DNA of 64,000 nucleotides from a phage. The stretch lies in the NCBI GenBank assembly GCA_036253495.1, contig GCA_036253495.1_4125.1, one strand, 5' to 3'. The notes under the pieces were generated by a model. The model saw only the letters and a list, made by a program, of their open reading frames with translations. It was not told the DNA's origin and did no database searches. This document shows, piece after piece, positions 48,464 to 57,666 of this stretch. Each line of letters starts with the position of its first letter. Within the stretch, counting starts at the first letter, position 1. The position numbers and the translations under genes were made by a program.

Positions 48464-49903
48464 ATGAAAAAATACACAATTGACACAAACGTACTACTAT
48501 CCGATCCAAATGCAACCGTAGCATTTGATGGGGCAGCAGTGATTCTACCATTCACTGTTCTTGAAGAACTTGATTCAATCAAGAGCCGTAATGTTGACGT
48601 ATCACGTGATGCACGTTTCGCAATCCGTAACATCGATGCAATTCTGAAAGATGCTACTCATGAAGAAATCAGCAGTACTGGTGTTAATATTGCCAATATC
48701 CACAAAAATATGGATGCATCCAGTAAGCTATTCGTTATGACGAATGAAGAAGCTGAAGCACTTATTCGTATGGGCGGCAGTGAAGATAAAGTAGAAACTC
48801 TACTTAAAAGTACTGTACCAGATGACAAAATCATTCTAGTGGCTTTGGCATCACAATCAGTACTGGTAACTCGCGACATTAACATGCGTATCAAAGCAAT
48901 GAGCTACGGTGTTGAGGTACAAGATTACCGTCATGACGTTGCAATCGAAGATAGTGAGTTGATTCATATTGGTCAGCACCACCTTGATATTGATTTCTGG
49001 AAAACATTCAGTGAAGTTAATAATGCTGAAATTAAATCCCAACAAGAAGGTCGCCGTCTATATCACTATATTCCAACCGCATTGATTCAAGATGTTCTAC
49101 CAGATAATCTATGTATTGGTGATTATCTATATGATAATGCTGATGTACTATTCGTATACGAAGGTCAATCTGCTATCGAAGAAGAAGACGGTTCACTAAC
49201 ACCTGAAGATATTTTGGTATTCCAGGATATTGGTCAAAGTATCGCTCTTCGTGCTAAAGTTTGGGATATTAAAGCAAAGAATATTCAACAGGCACTAGCA
49301 ATTAACAGTATTCTTGACCCTGATGTACATTTGACAGTACTACTCGGTTCAGCAGGTACTGGTAAAACATTGATTACTGTTGCTACTTCACTCGAATTAG
49401 TGCTGGAAAAACGTAAATACGATCGTATAATCTTCTCCAAAACACAAGATTCTCAATTTGAAGAAATTGGTTTCTTGCCTGGTTCTGAAGCTGAAAAGGT
49501 CATCCCATTCTGTGGGGCTGCAATCGATGCTCTAGAGTATCTACACAAAGATGATGCTAACCCACAAGGTAGCATTGAAGAGATTCTCAAACGTAACGTA
49601 ATGCAGTTTAAAGCATTGAACTTTATTCGTGGTCGTTCTTTCACTAATACAATTCTAATTGTAGATGAATTCCAGAACATCACCCCTGCACAGGCAAAGA
49701 CTATTCTTACCCGTGCTGGACAAAACTGTAAGGTTATCATTATGGGTAACTTAGCACAGATTGATAGTAAGTTTATTAGTCCAGTGAACAGTGGTTTGAC
49801 ATATGTAACTGAAAAATTCAAAGATTGGGAAGGTTGCCGTATCATTGAATTGGAAGGTGTAGTACGTTCTGCACTCGCTGAGTTTGCAGAAGAAAATATG
49901 TAA
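48464..49903 (+). CDS. phoH: PIN-domain / PhoH-like P-loop ATPase (PhoH2-type)
   Basis: Track ORF trimmed to ATG with AAGGA RBS; N-terminal PIN-like IDTNVLLSDP, Walker A LLGSAGTGKT, Walker B IVDEFQN. Confidence 0.85.
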   Translation: MKKYTIDTNVLLSDPNATVAFDGAAVILPFTVLEELDSIKSRNVDVSRDARFAIRNIDAILKDATHEEISSTGVNIANIHKNMDASSKLFVMTNEEAEALIRMGGSEDKVETLLKSTVPDDKIILVALASQSVLVTRDINMRIKAMSYGVEVQDYRHDVAIEDSELIHIGQHHLDIDFWKTFSEVNNAEIKSQQEGRRLYHYIPTALIQDVLPDNLCIGDYLYDNADVLFVYEGQSAIEEEDGSLTPEDILVFQDIGQSIALRAKVWDIKAKNIQQALAINSILDPDVHLTVLLGSAGTGKTLITVATSLELVLEKRKYDRIIFSKTQDSQFEEIGFLPGSEAEKVIPFCGAAIDALEYLHKDDANPQGSIEEILKRNVMQFKALNFIRGRSFTNTILIVDEFQNITPAQAKTILTRAGQNCKVIIMGNLAQIDSKFISPVNSGLTYVTEKFKDWEGCRIIELEGVVRSALAEFAEENM

Positions 49904-49910
49904 TCTATTA

Positions 49911-49939
49911 TTGACATTAAATGTGTTCATTGCTATAAT
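49911..49939 (+). promoter_or_regulatory. consensus sigma70 promoter (TTGACA-17-TATAAT)
   Basis: Perfect -35 and -10 hexamers with 17 nt spacer, about 32 nt upstream of 49972. Confidence 0.65.
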
Positions 49940-49971
49940 GAACACACCATTATCGAAGAAGGAAGTAAATC

Positions 49972-50160
49972 ATGGCTAAACAACCTAAGAAAAAAGAACC
50001 AGAAGTTAAAGTTAAAAAAGTGAAAGTTATTCAATCCAAAGAACAACGCACTTATGAGCTACGTAAAGCTGAAACTTTAAGTGGGCTTCAGTCTCTACGT
50101 AAGCAAGGTGTACTAACACGTGCACAATATCGTGAACTGGTTGCACAAAAAGGTTTTTGA
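49972..50160 (+). CDS. small highly basic protein, possible nucleic-acid-binding
   Basis: 62 aa; MAKQPKKKEPEVKVKKVKV...; GGAAG RBS; driven by consensus promoter. Confidence 0.65.
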   Translation: MAKQPKKKEPEVKVKKVKVIQSKEQRTYELRKAETLSGLQSLRKQGVLTRAQYRELVAQKGF

Positions 50161-50263
50161 TTTAACGCGTTTTTTTGGAGTTCTTAATAAATACTTTCAT
50201 AAGAATAATAATACTTTTTATGAATTTAAAAAGAACTCCATGTGTTATTTCAGTAAGTTTTTC

Positions 50264-50291
50264 ATCCCTGTCAATTGGCAGGGATTTTTTA
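50264..50291 (+). terminator. rho-independent terminator
   Basis: Hairpin atccctg/cagggat followed by TTTTTT; preceded by a 9 bp inverted repeat pair (50177-50185, 50231-50239). Confidence 0.6.
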
Positions 50292-50304
50292 TTGGTGGTA
50301 AACT

Positions 50305-51051
50305 ATGGATCTTGAAAAACAAACCGAAGCAATCATCACCGAACTAATCAAAATTGGTTATAAATGCCCATTTATCTATGGTTCGTGGAATACTTTTTGT
50401 TTGTATAAGTATGATGACAAATTACCAAATGATATTGATGTTATTAATATAGTACCAGAAGAGTTTGAAGAAGGTGAGTTCTCTGTAAAATTAGATTGTA
50501 TTGATATACCTGTCAATATTGAATGTATGACTCTCAATCATCTTCGTGTCGAATTAATGCGTGGTGATGTTAAATACTATACCATCGGTTTTGGTACTAT
50601 TGTACCGAAATGTGCAAATCATCTTTTGATGTACCTTGGTCATATCGGTTCGGTTATGATGACACGCCGTAACAGTGAGATTCGTAAAATTTGCAGTACT
50701 GCATCAGATAAAGCCTTTAATAAAGGAAAAAAGAAGTTGACAGTACTGGAAGATTACGATAAGATGTTAGGACTAAAGAACATCTGGCATAGCATTCACT
50801 TCATCTATATCATTACGCATTATTACAATCTGTACAGATCCAACACTGAACATGAAATGAATATTGCGTCAATGAAACAAGAGTTTGATGTGCTTGAAAT
50901 GCTGAACATTCGCGACAACATATATAAGATATATGATGAAACATATGGTGATTATCATGTAAAAGCACAAGCTGTTATTGATTATGCGAAACCGATTCGT
51001 AACAAACTGATGACTGAATTTAGAAAATTATACCCCAAGGAGGATGTATGA
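50305..51051 (+). CDS. hypothetical protein, possible minimal nucleotidyltransferase fold
   Basis: 248 aa; N-terminal YGSW...(13)...NDIDVI resembles the GS...DxD pattern of Pol-beta-type nucleotidyltransferases (weak). Confidence 0.6.
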   Translation: MDLEKQTEAIITELIKIGYKCPFIYGSWNTFCLYKYDDKLPNDIDVINIVPEEFEEGEFSVKLDCIDIPVNIECMTLNHLRVELMRGDVKYYTIGFGTIVPKCANHLLMYLGHIGSVMMTRRNSEIRKICSTASDKAFNKGKKKLTVLEDYDKMLGLKNIWHSIHFIYIITHYYNLYRSNTEHEMNIASMKQEFDVLEMLNIRDNIYKIYDETYGDYHVKAQAVIDYAKPIRNKLMTEFRKLYPKEDV

Positions 51052-51114
51052 AAGATACTTTCAGAGGTCGCATGACTTTCCATTAAGGAACTTTAACTTA
51101 ATGGAGAAAATAAT

Positions 51115-51672
51115 ATGTTCTTTGACCAAACATTTACGTTGTACCATGATTCTGGAAAAGTAGAGATTGTTGATAATCTTCTACAATATATTGCTGACCA
51201 CGAAGGGGTTGATCTATTTCACAGCAAAATGAAATTTGATTTATCCGAGTTCAACAAGAAGAATCGTGAATCATTCTGGAAAAATCGTTTCTATTACGAA
51301 ATGTATCCTGAAAAGTTTGTAGGTTATTATCTCTGTACTGAAAAAGGTTTATTAGTATCGCCTGATTTACTTATGGGTGAATACATGGTTCTCTATAATG
51401 AGTACTGGGAACATAAACGTAAGGCCCGTGACACCGAATGGCGACACAAACGCTCTTACATGTACAAGCATAACCATTCTCGCTACAAACGTCCTAAGAC
51501 CCAACAAGAGCGTCGTATGGCGTGTGCAGTACTGAAGGATGATGGTGAACCTGATATTCGTGGAAAACGCAAGATGCGTTCACTACCGACATATTGGGAC
51601 GATTTTAGAACAAGACACAGTACTGGCTGGAAATACAGTACTAAGCGTAAAAAACAATACAAAGGGAGCTAA
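51115..51672 (+). CDS. hypothetical basic protein
   Basis: 185 aa; Arg/Lys-rich C-terminal half. Confidence 0.65.
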   Translation: MFFDQTFTLYHDSGKVEIVDNLLQYIADHEGVDLFHSKMKFDLSEFNKKNRESFWKNRFYYEMYPEKFVGYYLCTEKGLLVSPDLLMGEYMVLYNEYWEHKRKARDTEWRHKRSYMYKHNHSRYKRPKTQQERRMACAVLKDDGEPDIRGKRKMRSLPTYWDDFRTRHSTGWKYSTKRKKQYKGS

Positions 51673-51687
51673 TGCTCCCTATTTTTA
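51664..51687 (+). terminator. probable rho-independent terminator
   Basis: Hairpin gggagc taat gctccc followed by TATTTTTA; overlaps the stop codon. Confidence 0.5.
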
Positions 51688-51700
51688 TAGGTTAAACGTT

Positions 51701-52030
51701 ATGAGCAAAGTTGATGTTGATGTAGTTATTGGCTATATTGAAATTGAACAGTGTTGTATTGATACATTGATTGACACTCTTAATAAGTACCGTGCAGAGT
51801 ACAAGGGTAACATTAGTCTTTCACCGGACGGTGGTTACGGTGGATTCGATGGATACAATGTAATTTGGACACGAGAAGAAACGGATGAAGAATACAATAT
51901 CCGTTTGCAGTTAGAATCACAACGTCGCGAAGAAATTGAACGTCAAGAAATGAAACATTTAATGAACAAGAAATCATTAAGTGCTGAAGAGAAATCTAAA
52001 CTTCTAAAATATATCAAGGATTACATGTAA
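51701..52030 (+). CDS. hypothetical protein
   Basis: Track ORF 51539..52030 trimmed to first ATG after upstream stop. Confidence 0.6.
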   Translation: MSKVDVDVVIGYIEIEQCCIDTLIDTLNKYRAEYKGNISLSPDGGYGGFDGYNVIWTREETDEEYNIRLQLESQRREEIERQEMKHLMNKKSLSAEEKSKLLKYIKDYM

Positions 52031-52677
52031 TGAAAAATGTAACTCAAGAAAAGATTCTGTATCACGCTAAACATAACGGTTCTTTCAATATTATTAGCCG
52101 AGAATACGTTGGTCATATGGCTAAGTTGATTGATAATTTACTGGAATTTGATTTCCTGAATTGGGAAACTAATGATCTTTGGTATGAATACGCGGGACAG
52201 CAATGGGAACGTGATTATGATAATGCAACACATTCATACACTATCACCAAAGCAGGTGAAGTTCGTTTAGCCATTATGCGTTGTGCATATGCTTACAAAA
52301 ATCACAAAGGTGAAGAAAAACATACTCGTAGAAATGAAGAGCTATTGCTTCTCATGGAATCAGCAAAAATTACAATGCATGATTTGTTCCACCACCCACG
52401 TTGGTATGAAAATCTAACCAAAGCAGAGTACAAAGCGTTGCGTTACATTGATGAACAGAACAAAACGCCAATTTTAGTAGATGAAAGTGACGGTGAACTA
52501 AGCCTCAAATGTGTATTTGACAATTCCAGTACTGAGAGCATTGCTGACATTTCAGTACAAATGGCACTTAAAGCTATGGAACTATTCAAGACGCAATACC
52601 AAGGTACAAATGCCGATGAAATTGAGCGTGAGTTCATTACACGCGTACAGATTGCATTAGCTAAGACCAAAACTTAA
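52030..52677 (+). CDS. hypothetical protein
   Basis: ORF track; ATGA overlap. Confidence 0.65.
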   Translation: MKNVTQEKILYHAKHNGSFNIISREYVGHMAKLIDNLLEFDFLNWETNDLWYEYAGQQWERDYDNATHSYTITKAGEVRLAIMRCAYAYKNHKGEEKHTRRNEELLLLMESAKITMHDLFHHPRWYENLTKAEYKALRYIDEQNKTPILVDESDGELSLKCVFDNSSTESIADISVQMALKAMELFKTQYQGTNADEIEREFITRVQIALAKTKT

Positions 52678-52695
52678 AAACATTGGAAAATAATC

Positions 52696-52881
52696 ATGAA
52701 AAGACTTGCATATGTATTAGTATTAATGTTAATATCATCTTGTTCACTAATGGACTTTAAATACAGTACACAATACTATTCAGTGTTTGAAGAAGCACCA
52801 GATAACTGTTTACTAGAAAGTAATCAGATGTATGTCATTAATGGTGAAACAAAATTACAATACATTTGCAAAGAGGATTAA
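52696..52881 (+). CDS. small putative lipoprotein
   Basis: 61 aa; signal peptide with lipobox-like LISSC. Confidence 0.55.
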   Translation: MKRLAYVLVLMLISSCSLMDFKYSTQYYSVFEEAPDNCLLESNQMYVINGETKLQYICKED

Positions 52882-52884
52882 TTC

Positions 52885-53118
52885 ATGAAAAAGATTATCA
52901 TTTCTTGTTTAGTTGCTGGGGCAACCTTACTCGTAGGCTGTGCACCTAAAGTTAACGAGATGGATGCAGAAATGATCCGTAAGGACTTAACTAAACTGAA
53001 TCATAATGGCACACTCTATGCCTGTCATGAGATGCGACACGGACAGGATCTAAATCTTATGTGTCGCAAAATTGTTAACCGCAAACGCTTAACAACAGTC
53101 CCAAAGGATGCTCAATGA
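52885..53118 (+). CDS. small putative lipoprotein
   Basis: 77 aa; signal peptide with lipobox LLVGC. Confidence 0.6.
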   Translation: MKKIIISCLVAGATLLVGCAPKVNEMDAEMIRKDLTKLNHNGTLYACHEMRHGQDLNLMCRKIVNRKRLTTVPKDAQ

Positions 53119-53140
53119 AAGACGTAATGGGATATAAACT

Positions 53141-53500
53141 ATGAGTGATTATGTTGCATTCCTACATCGTTTTGGTAAAGCTGAAGAAAAGCACATCATT
53201 CGTCTACCAGCTTATGGTGAGAAAGACTGGTACAAAAGTACTATCAGTGTAGGTGCATTCCGTGACCGTGAAGCTGAATTCTTTCTCGGTAAACAACATG
53301 AACGAGAGGTACTTTGCTCCCTTTGGCGTTTAGACGAATGGGATGAAGAGAATGCAAGAACTGCGGTATCAATGCTTAAAATTGTTGGCATTGAGAACTA
53401 TCAGCACCCATATGATCTCTTACCTACGTTTGAACATGCTTCGTTATTTGACTTTTACAAAGCAATAGGGTACGATTATAAAAAGAAACGTTACATTTGA
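53141..53500 (+). CDS. hypothetical protein
   Basis: ORF track. Confidence 0.65.
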   Translation: MSDYVAFLHRFGKAEEKHIIRLPAYGEKDWYKSTISVGAFRDREAEFFLGKQHEREVLCSLWRLDEWDEENARTAVSMLKIVGIENYQHPYDLLPTFEHASLFDFYKAIGYDYKKKRYI

Positions 53501-53507
53501 GGATATC

Positions 53508-54125
53508 ATGACAACATCACAAAAGTACTGGTGGATTTTGGGACACCCTGAATTTATCAATAAAGACTACGTTGATGCTCGCATTGATGTTGAGCCACAC
53601 GATGTATGTCCCATCACCAATCGTATTGAAGATTATCCGGTACTGAATACAAAAACACAGTACTGGATCGAAATGCTAACTCCGTTTTTCGATGAAGACG
53701 AAGGGAAGTTCGTTCGTGGACATGAGTACGAGTTGGATTGTGGTGGTGATACATATGAAGAAGCAATTGATAATTTATACACCAAGATCCTAGAAAAGTA
53801 TGGTGATTACACACAAGAAGAAGCGGAAGCTAAGTATGATGCTGTACATCAGCGTGTAGTGACGAAAAGTGCTTTTCCTTCATCAATGTTCCAACCAGAA
53901 GAACTTCGTAACACATGGGAGAACTCAAAATTATCTGAAATTGAACTTGATTATATTCCAGGTGATATTGAAAACATTAAAGGTACAATAAAAGCCTTGA
54001 AAGAATTCCTCAAAACTTGTACAATAGAAGAACAAGAAGAGGCAAACAAACATTTACAATCAGAGGAATGTAAACTATGGGTGCTTGAGGAATCACTTAG
54101 AAAAGGTATAGACTACAACATATGA
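53508..54125 (+). CDS. hypothetical protein
   Basis: ORF track. Confidence 0.65.
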   Translation: MTTSQKYWWILGHPEFINKDYVDARIDVEPHDVCPITNRIEDYPVLNTKTQYWIEMLTPFFDEDEGKFVRGHEYELDCGGDTYEEAIDNLYTKILEKYGDYTQEEAEAKYDAVHQRVVTKSAFPSSMFQPEELRNTWENSKLSEIELDYIPGDIENIKGTIKALKEFLKTCTIEEQEEANKHLQSEECKLWVLEESLRKGIDYNI

Positions 54126-54490
54126 ACCCGAAATTGCTTAAACTGGTAGAAGAACTCCGTGAGATGCCGCCGATTGAACAAGTCGGTAATTACAAACGGT
54201 ATAGAGTAATTGCTCGTGCACTGGATAAGAAAGGTCGAGTACTGGCTACTCGTACCAACTCTTACACACAGACTCACCCTAAGCAGAAAGGCTTTGCAAT
54301 TCGTGCGGGTCGCCCTCAAGGGGAATTTTTACACGCTGAAATTTCGTGTCTTCTTGCTGCTCGTGCTGAAGTACATACTCTTCTTATCGCTCGTGTAAGT
54401 AAAGATGGAATTCCAGTTCCAGCAAAACCTTGTGAGATTTGTACATTAGCAATTCAGGAGTACGGGGTAAAAGAGATTATCCATACATGA
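54122..54490 (+). CDS. small cytidine/deoxycytidylate deaminase-like zinc-binding protein
   Basis: 122 aa; HAE (LHAEISCLL) and PCxxC (PCEIC) zinc-deaminase motifs. Confidence 0.6.
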   Translation: MNPKLLKLVEELREMPPIEQVGNYKRYRVIARALDKKGRVLATRTNSYTQTHPKQKGFAIRAGRPQGEFLHAEISCLLAARAEVHTLLIARVSKDGIPVPAKPCEICTLAIQEYGVKEIIHT

Positions 54491-54708
54491 AAATTGAACG
54501 ATATCAGCACCATACTGTACTGTTTGGTGAATCAATAATGTACTATTATATTTTTGAGCCAAAACATTCGTTACAAATAACTATATACGAAAATGGTAAA
54601 TTTAAAGATACCAATTTCCCATTACATGAATTGGCATTATATTCCAGTACTGATCACTTTAAGCATTTAGTATTTGTATATTGTATTCCAAATGAAAACG
54701 AGGAATAA
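54487..54708 (+). CDS. hypothetical small protein
   Basis: Track ORF 54439..54708 trimmed to ATG overlapping upstream stop. Confidence 0.55.
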   Translation: MKIERYQHHTVLFGESIMYYYIFEPKHSLQITIYENGKFKDTNFPLHELALYSSTDHFKHLVFVYCIPNENEE

Positions 54709-54710
54709 CT

Positions 54711-55121
54711 ATGTTAGAAGATGAGTTTCTAAAATTAAGTAGAAAGATATTTGATATACTAGGTGATGAAACAGATTTCAATCTAAGCGATAAAGATATC
54801 CCATTGGAAGATGGTGGTTTCTTTTTCGCATTTGGATCTACGTATAATCTGGATATTTCAAAGCCTATCAGTGATGATAGTGATTATACTGCAACAACAT
54901 ATTTTGATTTCCAGCTTAATGGACACAAAGAGCGTTTACTAACGTACAGACGTAAAGGTAGTTTCAATAGAACCGAGATTACATTAATGGATTTTGAGAA
55001 ACGCATCGAACTCGCGAAGAAACATCCATTCATCAGTACTCATGCGTTTAATAGGCTAATCGATCTATTAGACAGTTATCCAGAGACAATACGAGGGTCA
55101 TTACGTTTAAATGCAGATTGA
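54711..55121 (+). CDS. hypothetical protein
   Basis: ORF track. Confidence 0.65.
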   Translation: MLEDEFLKLSRKIFDILGDETDFNLSDKDIPLEDGGFFFAFGSTYNLDISKPISDDSDYTATTYFDFQLNGHKERLLTYRRKGSFNRTEITLMDFEKRIELAKKHPFISTHAFNRLIDLLDSYPETIRGSLRLNAD

Positions 55122-55296
55122 AATTTTAAAAAAAGAATATGATGGTGAAAGTCTATATGATATCCAAAGAGATGTGCATGAAGCTTTTGATTCAAGATTT
55201 AACCCATTAGCTGAACAAATCCCACAAGATGAATATGGCTTCCAACAAGGTACATTTACTGTAACTATTACATGGAGTCCAGATAAGACTAATTAA
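55111..55296 (+). CDS. hypothetical small protein
   Basis: 61 aa; ORF track. Confidence 0.5.
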   Translation: MQIEILKKEYDGESLYDIQRDVHEAFDSRFNPLAEQIPQDEYGFQQGTFTVTITWSPDKTN

Positions 55297-55396
55297 ACTA
55301 TTCATTGGTTGCAGTGCAATTGCAATTTATATGTTATGCCCAGCACCAATTAACACTGTTATGCTAATATGGTCAGTTGTTATTTTGTCTATTCTA

Positions 55397-55421
55397 TAAA
55401 GCACCCAAGTGGTGCTTTTTG
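55397..55421 (+). terminator. rho-independent terminator
   Basis: Hairpin agcacc/ggtgct followed by TTTTT. Confidence 0.65.
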
Positions 55422-55554
55422 TGTTTGTACAGTACTTAATCAATTGCACTTTTCCTTGATTTAGGTCAAGAGAAAAAGGCCAATATGAGGCTATAATGCT
55501 CTTTGTTGAAGTTAAATAAATTCACCCAAACGAATAACATACAAGGAATGTGAA

Positions 55555-56496
55555 ATGCAAATAGATAAATTATATACGGACGTAACTAACTTCCTCAACC
55601 AGAGTAACGCTGATTTAACAAATGAAAATGCAAATAAAGACGCTAAATGTGTTAATACACATCGTGATTTATTGGCAGGTATTCTTTCTAAACATTATTC
55701 CCAAGATGTGATTCCTGATGAATTGATGAAGTGGCATAATGAAGGTTACGGTCATATTCATGATTTAGACTATTACATTAGCCCATTAACAAACTGTTGT
55801 TTAGTTAATTATCCTGATATGCTTGCTAATGGCTTCATGATTGGTTGTGCCAAGATTGAAGAACCAAAAAGCTTTGGGGTAGCTTGTACAGTACTAACAC
55901 AGATTGTTCAGGCTGTGGCAAGTTCACAGTACGGTGGTCAGTCGTTGGCTCACATTGACACTGGCCTTGCACCATATGTACAAAAGTCATGGGATAAACT
56001 TCTAGAAAAACAAAAGAAATACAATCTTAGTACTGAATTCATCGAAGATGAGTTGCGTAAGGAAGTTTATGACGGTTGTCAAACAATTCTATATCAAACA
56101 AACTCAATGATCAGTACTAATGGTCAGGCTGCGTTCATTTCTTTGAGTTTAGGATTAGGTACATCTAAATTTGAAAAACTAATCACTGAACAATATTTGA
56201 AAGTACATGAAAATGGACTAGGTAAAGATAAGATTACTCCAGTATTTCCTAAAGTAATATTCTTTCTTCAGGATGGAATTAATATGAATACCAATGATAC
56301 TAACTATGATCTTAAACAGTTAGCTATGCGTTGTGCATCAAAAAGAATCTATCCAGACTTTGTTTCTGTACCATTGAACCATAAAGTAACTGGAAGTACC
56401 AGTACTGCTGTTACTCCTATGGGATGCAGAAGCTTCTTAGGTAAATGGGAAGATGAAAATGGCAACGAACAGTACAATGGCCGTTTCAATTTGGGT
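55555..56496 (+). CDS. nrdD: anaerobic ribonucleoside-triphosphate reductase NrdD, exon 1
   Basis: N-terminal 314 codons of a class III RNR; the frame runs into the interruption and stops at 56523; proposed 5-prime splice site after ...GRFNLG (exon ends in U). Confidence 0.75.
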
Positions 56497-57666
56497 AGAC
56501 ATACATGCCCCATTGCTGAGTGATCAGTAATTGCAAACACGTTAACATGCTGGAACCCCCTAAAGCCATAAACACTACAACGCAATCTTAATAGATAAAC
56601 GTGAATGTTACGAGAGTAGAAAAAAGTTTTATGGATATATAATAAGTTGTAAATCATATTATATGTACAATGGGAAATCAGCAGCCAAGCCATCATTAAT
56701 ATAATGGTGGAAGGTTCAACGAGTATAATACGTGACTCTAATATTAAAACTTCCATAAATAATATTTTATGGAGGATATATAATGAGAAAAGGAAGTATA
56801 TATAAAATAGAATGTATAGTAACTAATAAAGTTTATATTGGACAAACCGTTTTATATCCACCGATGAAAAGATGGGTGGAACACTGCCAAAACAATGATG
56901 AAAAATCATGTATTAGTAAAGCTATTAAAAAATTTGGTTTTGAAAATTTCACATTTCAAATTTTAAAAACTAATATTGATTTAAATAATCTTAATGATGA
57001 AGAAATAAAATATATTGAAATTTATGATAGTTATAAGAATGGTTACAACTCAACATTAGGTGGTCACCAAACCTTTAATGGAAGTAAAATAACTGAACTT
57101 GATGCTATAAAAATTATAGAATATATTAAATCATATAAAGATCTTTCATTCGTAGAAATAGCAAAAACTTTAAATGTTCCATACGGCTGTGTAAGTGATA
57201 TAAATTGTGGCGAAACTTGGTATCAAATAAATGAAACATACCCTATTAGAGATAACAAAAGAAATAAGATTGAAGATAATATAGATTCAATTTATGAGTT
57301 ATTGAGAAATGGTGTTTCTAGTATAGAAATTGCAAAAATATATAATGTTTCAAATGTCACCATTTGTAACGTTAATAATGGAACAATCTATCGAAACGAA
57401 TCAGTTGAATACCCAATTTTTAAACCACAAAATTCATCAAAACGACATTCTATTGAAATAGTTTCTAAGATTATTGATATGTTAATTAATACAGATAAAA
57501 ATTATTCTGAAATTGCAAAATGTTTAAATGTAGGAAGAAAAACTGTTGCAAATATCAATAACGGTTCTGGATATAAAGAACTATCAAATGAACTTGGTTA
57601 TATATCATTTCCTCTTCGTTAGAGTATGGTGTACTCTAATCCTTCATGAAAGTGAAGGTACAAATG
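56497..57666 (+). mobile_element. probable group I intron interrupting nrdD, carrying a GIY-YIG homing endonuclease ORF
   Basis: 1.17 kb separating two halves of nrdD; exon 1 ends in T, the interruption ends in G (candidate omega-G); GCCCC a few nt inside the 5-prime end can pair with exon GGGU (P1 with U-G wobble); ~285 nt structured segment precedes the ORF, as in the T4 nrdD intron. Confidence 0.6.
56783..57622 (+). CDS. GIY-YIG homing endonuclease (I-TevII-like)
   Basis: 279 aa; N-terminal GIY-YIG module (GSIYKIECIVTNKVYIGQT); repeated helix-turn-helix-like segments downstream; lies within the nrdD interruption. Confidence 0.8.
   Translation: MRKGSIYKIECIVTNKVYIGQTVLYPPMKRWVEHCQNNDEKSCISKAIKKFGFENFTFQILKTNIDLNNLNDEEIKYIEIYDSYKNGYNSTLGGHQTFNGSKITELDAIKIIEYIKSYKDLSFVEIAKTLNVPYGCVSDINCGETWYQINETYPIRDNKRNKIEDNIDSIYELLRNGVSSIEIAKIYNVSNVTICNVNNGTIYRNESVEYPIFKPQNSSKRHSIEIVSKIIDMLINTDKNYSEIAKCLNVGRKTVANINNGSGYKELSNELGYISFPLR

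Noticed and set aside
49453-49917. 154 aa minus-strand ORF
   Set aside because: Antisense overlap with the PhoH-like gene, which has clear Walker motifs.
50120-50347. 75 aa + strand ORF between the small basic protein gene and the next gene
   Set aside because: Spans inverted repeats and a terminator hairpin with T-run; no RBS; more likely untranslated structured RNA.
56349-56756. 135 aa minus-strand ORF across the nrdD exon 1 / intron boundary
   Set aside because: Antisense to nrdD and the intron core; no RBS or motif.
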